Shown in pieces: positions 28,242 to 37,515 of a stretch of DNA of 40,066 bases (the stretch's first letter is position 1; every line of letters begins with the position of its first letter). The DNA is from Candidatus Krumholzibacteriales bacterium (GTDB taxonomy: Bacteria > Krumholzibacteriota > Krumholzibacteriia > Krumholzibacteriales > WJIX01). The notes beneath the pieces were generated by a model. It made no database searches. It worked only from the letters and a program-made list of their open reading frames with translations, and had not been told where the DNA came from. The translations under genes and the position numbers were made by a program. Where the stretch lies: positions 1 to 40,066 of the forward strand of contig JAWODM010000060.1 of assembly GCA_046483305.1 (NCBI GenBank), written 5' to 3'.

Positions 28242-30605
28242 TCACTCAAGGGTATGCTCGGTCCGTCTGATTATCTCATTCTGCAGGGATTCGCCCAGGT
28301 CAACGAAATAATCACTGTAGCCGGCAACCCTGACTATCAGGTCGCGGTGTTTTTCCGGCTCTCTCTGCGCTTCCCTGAGTGTATCCGCTGAAACAACGTT
28401 AAACTGTATGTGATGGCCGCCCATCCTGAAATAGGCCCTGATCAGATGGACTATGCTATTCAATCCTCGCTCCGACTGGAATATCCCGGGAGTGAATTTC
28501 TGATTTAAGAGGGTCCCTCCCGTTCTCAAATGGTCTATTCTGGAAGCGGACTTGAGTACCGCGGTGGGGCCCGCGGTATCCATACCCTGAACCGGCGATA
28601 TCCCCTCTGAAAGAGGTTCCGGCCCTTTCCTTCCGTCAGGTGTTGCTCCGGTCTTTTCTCCGAAATAGATATGGCAGGTGGTGGGAAGAAAATTGATCCT
28701 GTGCATCCCCCCCCGGGTGTTCGGCCTTCCGTCGACCGCCATGAAGAAGGAATCGAATATGTCCGGTATCAGCTCATCAGAGCGTGGATCGTCGTTACCA
28801 TACCTGGGGGACCTATGAAGAAGCAGTTCCCTTAATTTCTGATCATCCCTGAAATTGGAGTTGAGAGCTTCAATCAGTTCTTTCATGGAGAAACTGTTCT
28901 GGTTATAAATATGATGCCTGATTGCGGACAGAGAATCGGTGAGAGTTCCCATCCCGACTCCCTGTATATATGAACTGTTGTATCTGGCCCCGCCGTTGTT
29001 ATAATCAATTCCCCTGTCAATGCAGTCATCTATCAGCAGCGAGAGGAAAGGAGCCGGAAGATTCTCCGCCCATAACCTTTCAATTATCCGGTTGCCTTTT
29101 ATTTTTATATCCGCAAAATGCTTCAGCTGCTTTCTGAACGCCTCGAAAAGCATCCGGTAGTCGTTAAATCCTTCCGGTTCCCCGGTCTTTATTCCTATAT
29201 CCTTACCAGTTAGCGGGTCGGTGCCGTTATTCAGCACTATTTCCAGTATCTTGGGCAGATTGAAGTACCCGGTCAGAATATAACTCTCCTTGCCGAAAGC
29301 TCCGGTTTCCACGCAACCGCTGGAACCGCCGTTTCTGGCATCTTCAATCGATTTTCCCTGCCGCAGCATTTCCTGGATTATCGCTTCTGTATTGAATACG
29401 GAAGGCTGCCCGAAACCTGTCTTAATTATTTTCAGGGCTCTCTTTATATAGTTATCCGGATTCTTTCTGCTCACCTGAATCATGGAGCTTGGCTGGAGCA
29501 GCCGCATCTCCTCTATTACATCCAGTATCAGAAAGGTGAGTTCATTAACCGCGTCTTCGCCCTGTCCGGTTACTCCTCCCAGGTTTATAAGGCAGAAATC
29601 CGTGTATGTATTGCTCTCCCTCGCGGTGACTCCGACCTTTGGGGGCGCGGGCTGGTTATTGAATTTAATCCAGAAAGCCTGAAGCAGCTCCCTGGCTCTG
29701 TCTTCAGTAAGCCGGCCCTTTTCGAGGTCATTCCTGTATAACGGATAGAGGTGCTGGTCGAGCCTTCCGGGATTGAACGAATCCCAGGTATTCAGCTCGG
29801 TTATGACTCCAAGGTGGACGAACCAGTAGTACTGGAGAGCTTCATGGAATGTTTCCGGCGCGGAAGCGGGAACCCTGGCGCATATTTCGGCCATCTCCAG
29901 CAATTCCTGTTTTCTGGCGGCTCCATTTTCAGCGGCTGCCAGTTCTCTGAGTTTGTCCGAATAACGTTTTGCGTAAGAAATCAAAGCTTCAGCCGCTATT
30001 TTCATCCCCCTCAGCTGCTCTCTCTTTTCCCATGCCAGGTCATCGCCGAAGTAATCCAGCTTCCCGATGCTCTTTTCGATATCTCTCTTGAAATCATCAA
30101 AACCATTGCGGTATATCTTTCCGTCAAGAACTGTGTGCCCCGGCGCTCTCTGTTCCATAAATTCAGTAAAGATACCCGCCCGGTAGGCGTCAATCCACTC
30201 CCTGTCCATCTGTGAAAATATTCTGTTCCGGATCGATCTTTCGGACCAGAAAGGAATTATCTGTTCCACATGATATTTCTCATCTTCTCCGGAGACCATA
30301 AAGGATATCTTATCCCGCTCCCTCAGTATCCTGAGATCCTCGGGAGAGTGAGTACAAATTTCAGGGTAGGTGGGTACAGCTTTGGGGGCCGGGCCCCTTT
30401 CTCCCACTATCAGCTCATTTTCTTCTATATATATCTCCTTGTTCTCCAGGATGTATTTAAAAGCCAGAGCGCGGGAAACCGGAACTGACATCCCCGCCGG
30501 CTCTGAAGCTGAATAGAATTCGGTCAACAGCCTGGCTCTCTCCATGTTGAGGCCGGGTACCGCCTCCAGGCTTTTCTTCCTCAATCCGGCAATACGTTTT
30601 TCCAT
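28242..30605 (-). CDS. hypD: Glycyl radical enzyme, trans-4-hydroxy-L-proline dehydratase type
   Basis: Gly loop RVAGYS, Cys loop SGCVE; HypD-like segments EFMEQRAPGH, ELNTWDSFNPGRLDQ, NNQPAPPKVG, ESNTYTDF, YILTGY, LPTTCH. Confidence 0.88.
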   Translation of the reverse strand: MEKRIAGLRKKSLEAVPGLNMERARLLTEFYSASEPAGMSVPVSRALAFKYILENKEIYIEENELIVGERGPAPKAVPTYPEICTHSPEDLRILRERDKISFMVSGEDEKYHVEQIIPFWSERSIRNRIFSQMDREWIDAYRAGIFTEFMEQRAPGHTVLDGKIYRNGFDDFKRDIEKSIGKLDYFGDDLAWEKREQLRGMKIAAEALISYAKRYSDKLRELAAAENGAARKQELLEMAEICARVPASAPETFHEALQYYWFVHLGVITELNTWDSFNPGRLDQHLYPLYRNDLEKGRLTEDRARELLQAFWIKFNNQPAPPKVGVTARESNTYTDFCLINLGGVTGQGEDAVNELTFLILDVIEEMRLLQPSSMIQVSRKNPDNYIKRALKIIKTGFGQPSVFNTEAIIQEMLRQGKSIEDARNGGSSGCVETGAFGKESYILTGYFNLPKILEIVLNNGTDPLTGKDIGIKTGEPEGFNDYRMLFEAFRKQLKHFADIKIKGNRIIERLWAENLPAPFLSLLIDDCIDRGIDYNNGGARYNSSYIQGVGMGTLTDSLSAIRHHIYNQNSFSMKELIEALNSNFRDDQKLRELLLHRSPRYGNDDPRSDELIPDIFDSFFMAVDGRPNTRGGMHRINFLPTTCHIYFGEKTGATPDGRKGPEPLSEGISPVQGMDTAGPTAVLKSASRIDHLRTGGTLLNQKFTPGIFQSERGLNSIVHLIRAYFRMGGHHIQFNVVSADTLREAQREPEKHRDLIVRVAGYSDYFVDLGESLQNEIIRRTEHTLE

Positions 30606-30611
30606 AACCTG

Positions 30612-31400
30612 TCAGACCTCGCTTTCCACCCTGTATCCTCTCTCTTCGAAAATCGACCTGGCTGCTTCCATCGCTTTCTCATTGCCGCCTTCCAGCCTTC
30701 CGGTTCTATCCTCCATTCCGAATCTTCTTATTTTATCTTCACACATACTGTTATAGGGAATTATTCCCACACGTTCCATATTCTGAAGTTCTGAAAGGAT
30801 GTCAGCCAGGCCTTCAATGTTTTCCCTGGAATCGGTATATCCCGGGATCAGTGCTATCCTGATTACCGTATCTGCGCCGGCGATATCCAGCTTTCTGAGA
30901 TTATCTAATATCCGTTCATTGGAAACCCCGGTCAGTTCCCTGTGCCTGGCATCATCGGCCAGTTTCAGGTCGAAGTAAAAAGTATCCACAAGGTCAAGGA
31001 CCATTTCGATATAATTGTATCGGCAGAAACCGGAGGTGTCCAGAACAGTCGAATACCCCTTTTCTCTGCAGAGAACCAGAAAATCACTTACAAATTCGGG
31101 CTGCATCATCGGTTCACCCCCGGAAAGGGTTACTCCCCCTCCTGACCGGTCGTAGAACATCCAGTCCTTTTCCACCTCCCGGAGAAGCTGTCCCGGAGTG
31201 AGGCACCTGCACCTCAGGTTGTAACTCTTGAGTTTTTCCGGCCTGGACAGATCGCGGCAGGTCAGCCGGTTTTTCCCTTCCGGATTGTGGCACCAGGGGC
31301 AGTCCAGGGGGCATCCCTGGAAAAAGACCGTACTCCTTATTCCGGGGCCGTCATGTATGGCAAATCTTTTTATATCAAATATTACTCCCCGATCACTCAT
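30612..31400 (-). CDS. Glycyl-radical activating enzyme (radical SAM)
   Basis: HDGPGIRSTVFFQGCPLDCPWCHNPE, SGGGVTLSGGEP, LDTSG. Start at ATG 31400 overlaps the upstream stop. Confidence 0.93.
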   Translation of the reverse strand: MSDRGVIFDIKRFAIHDGPGIRSTVFFQGCPLDCPWCHNPEGKNRLTCRDLSRPEKLKSYNLRCRCLTPGQLLREVEKDWMFYDRSGGGVTLSGGEPMMQPEFVSDFLVLCREKGYSTVLDTSGFCRYNYIEMVLDLVDTFYFDLKLADDARHRELTGVSNERILDNLRKLDIAGADTVIRIALIPGYTDSRENIEGLADILSELQNMERVGIIPYNSMCEDKIRRFGMEDRTGRLEGGNEKAMEAARSIFEERGYRVESEV

Positions 31401-31971
31401 CGCCTTCACCATCGATGAACAGGACCGACTCGCTCTCTGGAATTATCTTCTTTTCGCCTGGATCAGAAGCCGGATAACCGAGTGTAATCATTGCCGAAAC
31501 TGACCAGCTGCCAGGCAGATCGAGGATTTCGGCGGTTTTATCCCGCTTGAACCAGCCGATCCAGCAGGTACCCAGGCCAAACTCTGTTGCCTGCAGAACG
31601 AAATGCTCGCCGGCAATACCCACATCCATAAAATCGTATTGGATTTTCTTCAGGCCTGCTGCTATACGGTGAACCAGAATATCCCGGTCAACCGCAAATA
31701 CGGCAATCACGGGAGCCTCGGTGGCCCAGCTGTTTCTGACCGGAACAGATCCCAGAGCTTCGGAGACAATTCTCTCCCTGGCACTTCCGGTTGCTATCGC
31801 TATTCTTATTCTCTGCCTGTTGCAGGCGGTGGGTGCGTACCTGGCTGCCCTGACGCATGCCCTGATCATATCCATCGATACTTCCCTGTCCAGATATGAG
31901 CGGATACTTCTTCTACGGGTGACCAGTTCCATGAAATCAGGCATATTCATCATTCTTTCTGCAGAATTCAA
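31393..31971 (-). CDS. Nitroreductase-family flavoprotein
   Basis: RRSIRSY, APTACNRQ, LGTCWIGWF, ITLGYP. True start is probably a few codons downstream. Confidence 0.92.
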   Translation of the reverse strand: MNSAERMMNMPDFMELVTRRRSIRSYLDREVSMDMIRACVRAARYAPTACNRQRIRIAIATGSARERIVSEALGSVPVRNSWATEAPVIAVFAVDRDILVHRIAAGLKKIQYDFMDVGIAGEHFVLQATEFGLGTCWIGWFKRDKTAEILDLPGSWSVSAMITLGYPASDPGEKKIIPESESVLFIDGEGDE

Positions 31972-33353
31972 TCCTCCAGCTTTTCCTTTAACTCCTCAAA
32001 ATTGTCTTTTCCCCCAAGAAGAACCGAAGCCATTGGTGCTTCTTCCCTCACCAGAGAACAGATCCGTTCTGACAGCTCTCTGATCTCCCACTGGGCATGA
32101 ATATCGCTCCTCAAGCGTGAGAAATGATAAAGCTCCCTCAGGTTCATTCCGACCAGAACCCTTCTGCGATGAGCGTTGAGAAGGGCGTATTCAGCAGCTT
32201 CTCTTCCTGCTGCATCCATTATTTTTCGGTACAGCTGGGCGGAACGCCTCGAGACCGTATGGAATATTTTCTCGTTTTCTCTGGCGCTATCCGGAATTCT
32301 CACCGGCGCATCAGGGATATATGGCTGTGCCACTATGGTAGCCATCCGGTGTCTTTTAAGCTGCGCGAAGCATGAAGCGGATACCGATGCCTGAAAAATG
32401 AAGTTAACAAACTCAAATTCTCTCCAAACGCTGTCATGTGGCTGTATGTTGATCAGAGTCTCTGTTATCAGATCGCTCTTTTCACTCCCGGTCATCATTT
32501 CAGCTTTCCTGGCAGCCTGCTCTATTCCGCATCCTCCGGATGAAAACAGTATTGCCGCGGCAATCAATTCATCGCTATTGCCAGGCGCTGATACCAGAAT
32601 CACCCGGTCATTCAATTGCGGGTCTGATTCTGTCATGGCGTTAAGCCGGTTCCTTGATGTGTGACTTCCGGTGAAATATTCGGAGGCTTCCGGATATTTT
32701 ATCAGCGAAGGCGCTATCTCGCTGGAGCGGCTGGTTAGAGCTTCAGCCAGCTCCTGCAACTCCCTGAGCGGGTGCGATGCCAGGCGGCTTACCATATACT
32801 CCAGTTCTCTGGCGTTAACCGTCATGCCCAGCTGGGCGCTGGTGGCTAGCGGGAGAAGATACCTTGCGTCCTCTTTTGCGGTACTCTTATCCACCCTGCC
32901 TGACATTTTCCGGTAAAGTTCGTTGTACTGCTCCTCCAGGTAGTTTATCAGCCCGTTGAACCGGCCCGCCAGCCCCTGTTCTCTTATTTCGGCAGGCACG
33001 ATGAAATCCTTCCCGATCTTGATGTAGCGCTGGGATTTTTCAGTGTATGAGGCCAGCCTGAAGCTCTCCAGAGCCTCCACGGCCAGCCTGGAAATCCCCA
33101 TTATATCAAAATTGAATACTGCGTGTTCCGCCACCGAGGAATGCCCAAGCCCGAAGACAATATTCTCATTGGACTTTCTCGCCTTTTCCACCTGCTGCCT
33201 GGCTTCCTTCCTCAGAGTTGATATCTCCCTCGGATCCCTGCTGATACGCGCGTACGACGCTGATAGAACTTCAGGGGTAAGAGAGTCCCCATTCTCCTTC
33301 ATTCTGTTTATCAGTTCATAATCGATGTTGTATCCCGCCAGTTTTACCTTCAT
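31968..33353 (-). CDS. thyX: FAD-dependent thymidylate synthase with two ThyX domains
   Basis: GHSSVAEH, SYTEKSQRY, EDARYLLP, VNAREL; second domain QLKRHR, MNLRELYHF, HAQWEIR. Confidence 0.9.
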   Translation of the reverse strand: MKVKLAGYNIDYELINRMKENGDSLTPEVLSASYARISRDPREISTLRKEARQQVEKARKSNENIVFGLGHSSVAEHAVFNFDIMGISRLAVEALESFRLASYTEKSQRYIKIGKDFIVPAEIREQGLAGRFNGLINYLEEQYNELYRKMSGRVDKSTAKEDARYLLPLATSAQLGMTVNARELEYMVSRLASHPLRELQELAEALTSRSSEIAPSLIKYPEASEYFTGSHTSRNRLNAMTESDPQLNDRVILVSAPGNSDELIAAAILFSSGGCGIEQAARKAEMMTGSEKSDLITETLINIQPHDSVWREFEFVNFIFQASVSASCFAQLKRHRMATIVAQPYIPDAPVRIPDSARENEKIFHTVSRRSAQLYRKIMDAAGREAAEYALLNAHRRRVLVGMNLRELYHFSRLRSDIHAQWEIRELSERICSLVREEAPMASVLLGGKDNFEELKEKLED

Positions 33354-33363
33354 ATTCCTGCCT

Positions 33364-36300
33364 CTAGAAAGAGTAAGCCACTGTCCCGTAAAAACGGAAC
33401 CTGTTACCTTCGTAATATGTTTCCTGATCTATGAGCGGGTCCGGGTTGCTGTAGACCACGTCGTCCAGTCCGTAGGCGGCAATAAAAGTAGCAGCCATGG
33501 GATAATTATTAAAATTGAAACCGTTGAACCTTATCTCCAGCCCCATATCCTTTTTCAGGTTATCTTTCCTGAACTCATCCCGGTACCATCCCTCTCCGGC
33601 CTCAGCGAAAATCCCTGCATACACCGACCTGAAATAAGTGAAAAACAGCTTTTTATTAATATTCCTGATAAGGGGAAAGCGGTAGGTAATCCTGCCCATT
33701 GCGGTTCTCTGACCTCCTATGCTGTAATAAGAATACCCCCTGAGTCCGTCCCTGCCGCCGGTATAGATATTAAAGAATTCGTCCACTGTACTTCTGTCCA
33801 TGGCTTCCGCGCTGATATACAGGGAAAGGGCGGAATCAAGAAAAGGCACCGGTATGAACTCTTCGTAGGAAAGGCGGTACTGGCCGTAGTAATTTTTCTC
33901 CGATTCCTTGAAATAGTACTCCATCTCACCCGAGTAGAGCTTGTTATACGCCTTCCTTGCTTCCAGGTATAGCTCCCTTCCGCTCCTGGGATTTATTCCG
34001 GCCTCTACCCCCTTTCTCACGGACCTGTAATTATAACTGAGAGAAAGTTCATTACCCACATAATATTTCCAGCCTATCTCCCTGGTAGCCACGGCCCAGG
34101 CGTTCAGGTTTACATAATACTCCCCGTGGTCAGCCTGGAAAACCAGTTCATTCCTGTTGTAATAGTCGGTTTCGCCAAACTCATACCCGAGAAGTATCGA
34201 TCCCTGCCACAGGTCAAATCTCTCCGCTATGACAGCCGAAAGTTCCCGGTTGTAGTAGTCGTAATACTTTCTGAAATACTGGAATCCGAACATTACCGAG
34301 GGCAGCCTTTCCCCGGTCTCAATCTCCAGCATTGCCACCGCGTCAAATTCTTTTTCCCGGTTGAATGATCCTCCCACCAGAAACTGCTGCCTGTCAAGTA
34401 TATCGCTCATCTGCAGGGTAAGGCCGAGACGGGGCTTCTTATCGTATATCATGAACATCGGGAAGAAAAACATATCAGTATACAGGATATCGAAAGACCT
34501 GTCCTGCTCCCTGTTTTCAGTGATGGCTCCGGTAATCTGTTCATTCAGAACCGGATTCTCGCAGAAATCCCGGCTTGAATAATTCAATTCTCTCATATTT
34601 ATCAGTGCAGAGTCAACCGGGCAGGCGGTACCGTCAGCGCACTTCCTGACCCAATCCTTCAGCCTGCTGATCATGTAACCGCCGGCCTCATAACTGTGGA
34701 ATAGTAATTCGTCGCCTGCCTCACAGGGAGCGAAAGCTCCTCCCAGTACGCTGGTTACCCTCTCATCCCGGCCGCTTTCCGGATCCCTGACATAAATATT
34801 GAATATCCCCGTAATATCGCTGGAATAGAAAAACCTCTCCCCGGTGCTGTCCCACCTGGGATCCCTCTCGTCAGCGCCGGAGCAGAGCAGATCCTCTCTT
34901 TCTCCGGTCCGCGGGTCGATAAGTATGATATCCCTGCTGGTACATTCAAACCTGGTAGCCAGTATTCCTCTTTTTCCCCATGACAGCCCGTAGAATTGGG
35001 TGCCCTTTTCAGGGACAAAAAGCTGCCTGCTTTCTCCGCTGGAAGGCTCTATCACCGCTACATGCTCGGTGCACCCCCTGGTGACTACAGCCGCAATATG
35101 AACGCCATCCGGTGAATAAACCGGGTTTGACGCCCTCACCGTATTCGGAATCTTTCTCTCTTTCTTCTCCTGGAGGTCATACATGAAAAGGGCGTTATAA
35201 TCTCTGTCAAATTCATTTTCGTCGGTAATCCTGGAATAACACAGGAACCTGCCGTTGGGTGAGAGCGCGAATCTGGAGGTTATATCGCCTGCTATGACCG
35301 AGAGTTCTCCGGAGCTATTCAGGTGAACCAGGTCCATATCCGAATAATCGCCTCCCCTGTTTGAAAGGAAATAGAGCCCTCCGTTACCATCGGGCAATGG
35401 ATAGATATTCAGAAATCCTTCCCCCGCGATTACCTCTCCATGTTGTCCCTCCCTTTCTATTCCTCTGCTTATTTTCAGGTAACGGGAAGATATATCTTCC
35501 TTCCACAGACTGTAAAGCCTGTCTTCGGATATTCCGAGTATATCGCGGCAGGCGCCGTCGAAACCTATCCGGTAAGCCCTGGACAGGGCGTCTGCCAGTT
35601 CCTTTATCTTATCCCTTCCATACCTTCGCGCTATAAAATTTGTCAGGGAGAATCCCTGGTTGTAGAGAAGCTCCGCATTTAGAGAATTCTTGCCGAACAC
35701 CTTCATCTCATCCATGCTGAGAAGGGTTCCATTAACCACTGCTGTTCTAAGAATCATATCCCGGTGTGAATCCCATATATCGCTTCTGGCCTTATCCGTC
35801 TGAAACTGCGCCATCCCCTCGGCGAACCAGTTCGGCATTACGGTTCCCGCTATGGGAATATATATTTCATAATTCGGATAGCCGGTAATCACATCAGGCC
35901 TTCTTTCTCTTTCAAAGTTAATGAACTGGAGATAGAAAGAAGGGATGCTCTTGGGAAACTTCATGCTCTTCTGCATCGAAACCAGATGCACAAATTCATG
36001 GGTGGTTACATTTCGAAGCCAGTTGGTAGTACCGCGCAGATTGAATTCGAAATCAGCCACATCGAGATTTATCCGGTCCTGATAATAATAGGCGGCGCCC
36101 CCGGGCTCATCGGATATGTCCATCAGGTTTATATGAACGGTGGGAATCCGGCAGTCATAGAATTCGGTAACCGGCTCATAGATAGCCTCCGCGATCAGAG
36201 CCACCTGCCGGGCGCTGAACTCCTCCCCGTCATGATAATGTATCTGAAAATGATCTGTTTCTATGGTTCTCCATGTTACATCAGAAAAATTAATCGCCGC

Positions 36301-36387
36301 CATATTCGATGCAACGGCCAGAGAGAGAAAAAGAGCCAACCCTGCCGCCCGGCGGAACCGGCTTTTAATCCTGCCTTGTTTGCTCAT
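33364..36387 (-). CDS. Outer-membrane fusion of zinc metallopeptidase (MA clan), TolB-like beta-propeller and Omp85-like beta-barrel
   Basis: Signal peptide; THEFVH plus downstream WFAEG; PD40-like repeats (PVYSPDG, PRWDSTG, FSSD-like); LRGY and terminal VAYSF. Confidence 0.78.
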   Translation of the reverse strand: MSKQGRIKSRFRRAAGLALFLSLAVASNMAAINFSDVTWRTIETDHFQIHYHDGEEFSARQVALIAEAIYEPVTEFYDCRIPTVHINLMDISDEPGGAAYYYQDRINLDVADFEFNLRGTTNWLRNVTTHEFVHLVSMQKSMKFPKSIPSFYLQFINFERERRPDVITGYPNYEIYIPIAGTVMPNWFAEGMAQFQTDKARSDIWDSHRDMILRTAVVNGTLLSMDEMKVFGKNSLNAELLYNQGFSLTNFIARRYGRDKIKELADALSRAYRIGFDGACRDILGISEDRLYSLWKEDISSRYLKISRGIEREGQHGEVIAGEGFLNIYPLPDGNGGLYFLSNRGGDYSDMDLVHLNSSGELSVIAGDITSRFALSPNGRFLCYSRITDENEFDRDYNALFMYDLQEKKERKIPNTVRASNPVYSPDGVHIAAVVTRGCTEHVAVIEPSSGESRQLFVPEKGTQFYGLSWGKRGILATRFECTSRDIILIDPRTGEREDLLCSGADERDPRWDSTGERFFYSSDITGIFNIYVRDPESGRDERVTSVLGGAFAPCEAGDELLFHSYEAGGYMISRLKDWVRKCADGTACPVDSALINMRELNYSSRDFCENPVLNEQITGAITENREQDRSFDILYTDMFFFPMFMIYDKKPRLGLTLQMSDILDRQQFLVGGSFNREKEFDAVAMLEIETGERLPSVMFGFQYFRKYYDYYNRELSAVIAERFDLWQGSILLGYEFGETDYYNRNELVFQADHGEYYVNLNAWAVATREIGWKYYVGNELSLSYNYRSVRKGVEAGINPRSGRELYLEARKAYNKLYSGEMEYYFKESEKNYYGQYRLSYEEFIPVPFLDSALSLYISAEAMDRSTVDEFFNIYTGGRDGLRGYSYYSIGGQRTAMGRITYRFPLIRNINKKLFFTYFRSVYAGIFAEAGEGWYRDEFRKDNLKKDMGLEIRFNGFNFNNYPMAATFIAAYGLDDVVYSNPDPLIDQETYYEGNRFRFYGTVAYSF

Positions 36388-36576
36388 ACGGTTTCCTTTG
36401 CTGTACAGCCACGCCGATAGCTGCTGGAGACGAATACTGGTCTTCCGCGTGGGAGTGTTATTACATCCGCAAGAGATATATAATAATCTCCCGCCATGAT
36501 TACTACCTTACTTTCAACAGGGGTATTTACCCGGAAGTAAGTTCCGCCGGGCTGCCGGATTAATAAATACTTTCTA

Positions 36577-37515
36577 TTACGGGCTGTTAGATTTCAAATA
36601 TTTATAAAATTCACTGTCTGTTGTCAGTATGGCCCTGGAGTTATTGATCAGGGTATTGCTGTATATATCCATGGTTTTGAGAAACGAGTAAAACTCCGGG
36701 TCCTTATTGTAAGCCTGCGCGTATATCCCGGTAGCTTCCCCGTCGGCCTCACCCTTGATCTCCTGGGCTTTTCTGTAAGCTTCAGATGTAATCCTATTCA
36801 TTTCGCGGTTCATCATACCGTTGATCTTTGCCTTCTCCCCCTGGCCTTCAGAGCGGTACTTTGCCGCTATCTTCTGTCTTTCAGAAATCATCCGTTCATA
36901 GACCTTCTCACGCACCTGGTTTATATAGTTAAGCCTCTTTATCTGAACATCGACCAGCTCGATCCCGTACTGGGGTACCAGCTCGGATGCCTTTTTCAGA
37001 ATCATCAGGCGCAACTTCTCCCTGCCTATTGAAATCCTTTCCATCTCCTCAACTGAAATTTCTTCTTCTTCCACCGGCCTTTCGAATATCTCGTTGGAAT
37101 TCCTGACAACCTCTATGAGATAGTGGCTTGAAACTATATCCCTGGAAGCGGAATCTATTACGTCGTCCAGCCTGGTCTGAACACCGGCCTCGGTTCCTAC
37201 CGACTGATAGAACTTTAGCGGGTCTACAATTTTCCATCTGGCAGTGGTGTCCAGTTCAATATATTTCTTGTCGGCGGTCGGTATCTGGTTGGCCGTACCG
37301 TCCCAGGTCAGTATTCTTTTGTCAAACCTGTGAATTTTATGAATCAGGGGGATCTTGTACTTCAACCCCGGTGTTTTTATTGCTTCCCCGACCGGGTCTC
37401 CGAACTGGGTTATAATGGCCTGTTCATATTCCTTCAGCCTGTAAAATGCGCTGTTAACAACTATCAGGGCGATAACTATTAACACCAGTATCGATATGGT
37501 CTTACTTCTGTTCAT
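36577..37515 (-). CDS. hflC: FtsH protease modulator HflC
   Basis: QAIITQFG, FDKRIL, RMISER, YRSEG, AYNKDPEFYSF. Confidence 0.95.
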   Translation of the reverse strand: MNRSKTISILVLIVIALIVVNSAFYRLKEYEQAIITQFGDPVGEAIKTPGLKYKIPLIHKIHRFDKRILTWDGTANQIPTADKKYIELDTTARWKIVDPLKFYQSVGTEAGVQTRLDDVIDSASRDIVSSHYLIEVVRNSNEIFERPVEEEEISVEEMERISIGREKLRLMILKKASELVPQYGIELVDVQIKRLNYINQVREKVYERMISERQKIAAKYRSEGQGEKAKINGMMNREMNRITSEAYRKAQEIKGEADGEATGIYAQAYNKDPEFYSFLKTMDIYSNTLINNSRAILTTDSEFYKYLKSNSP

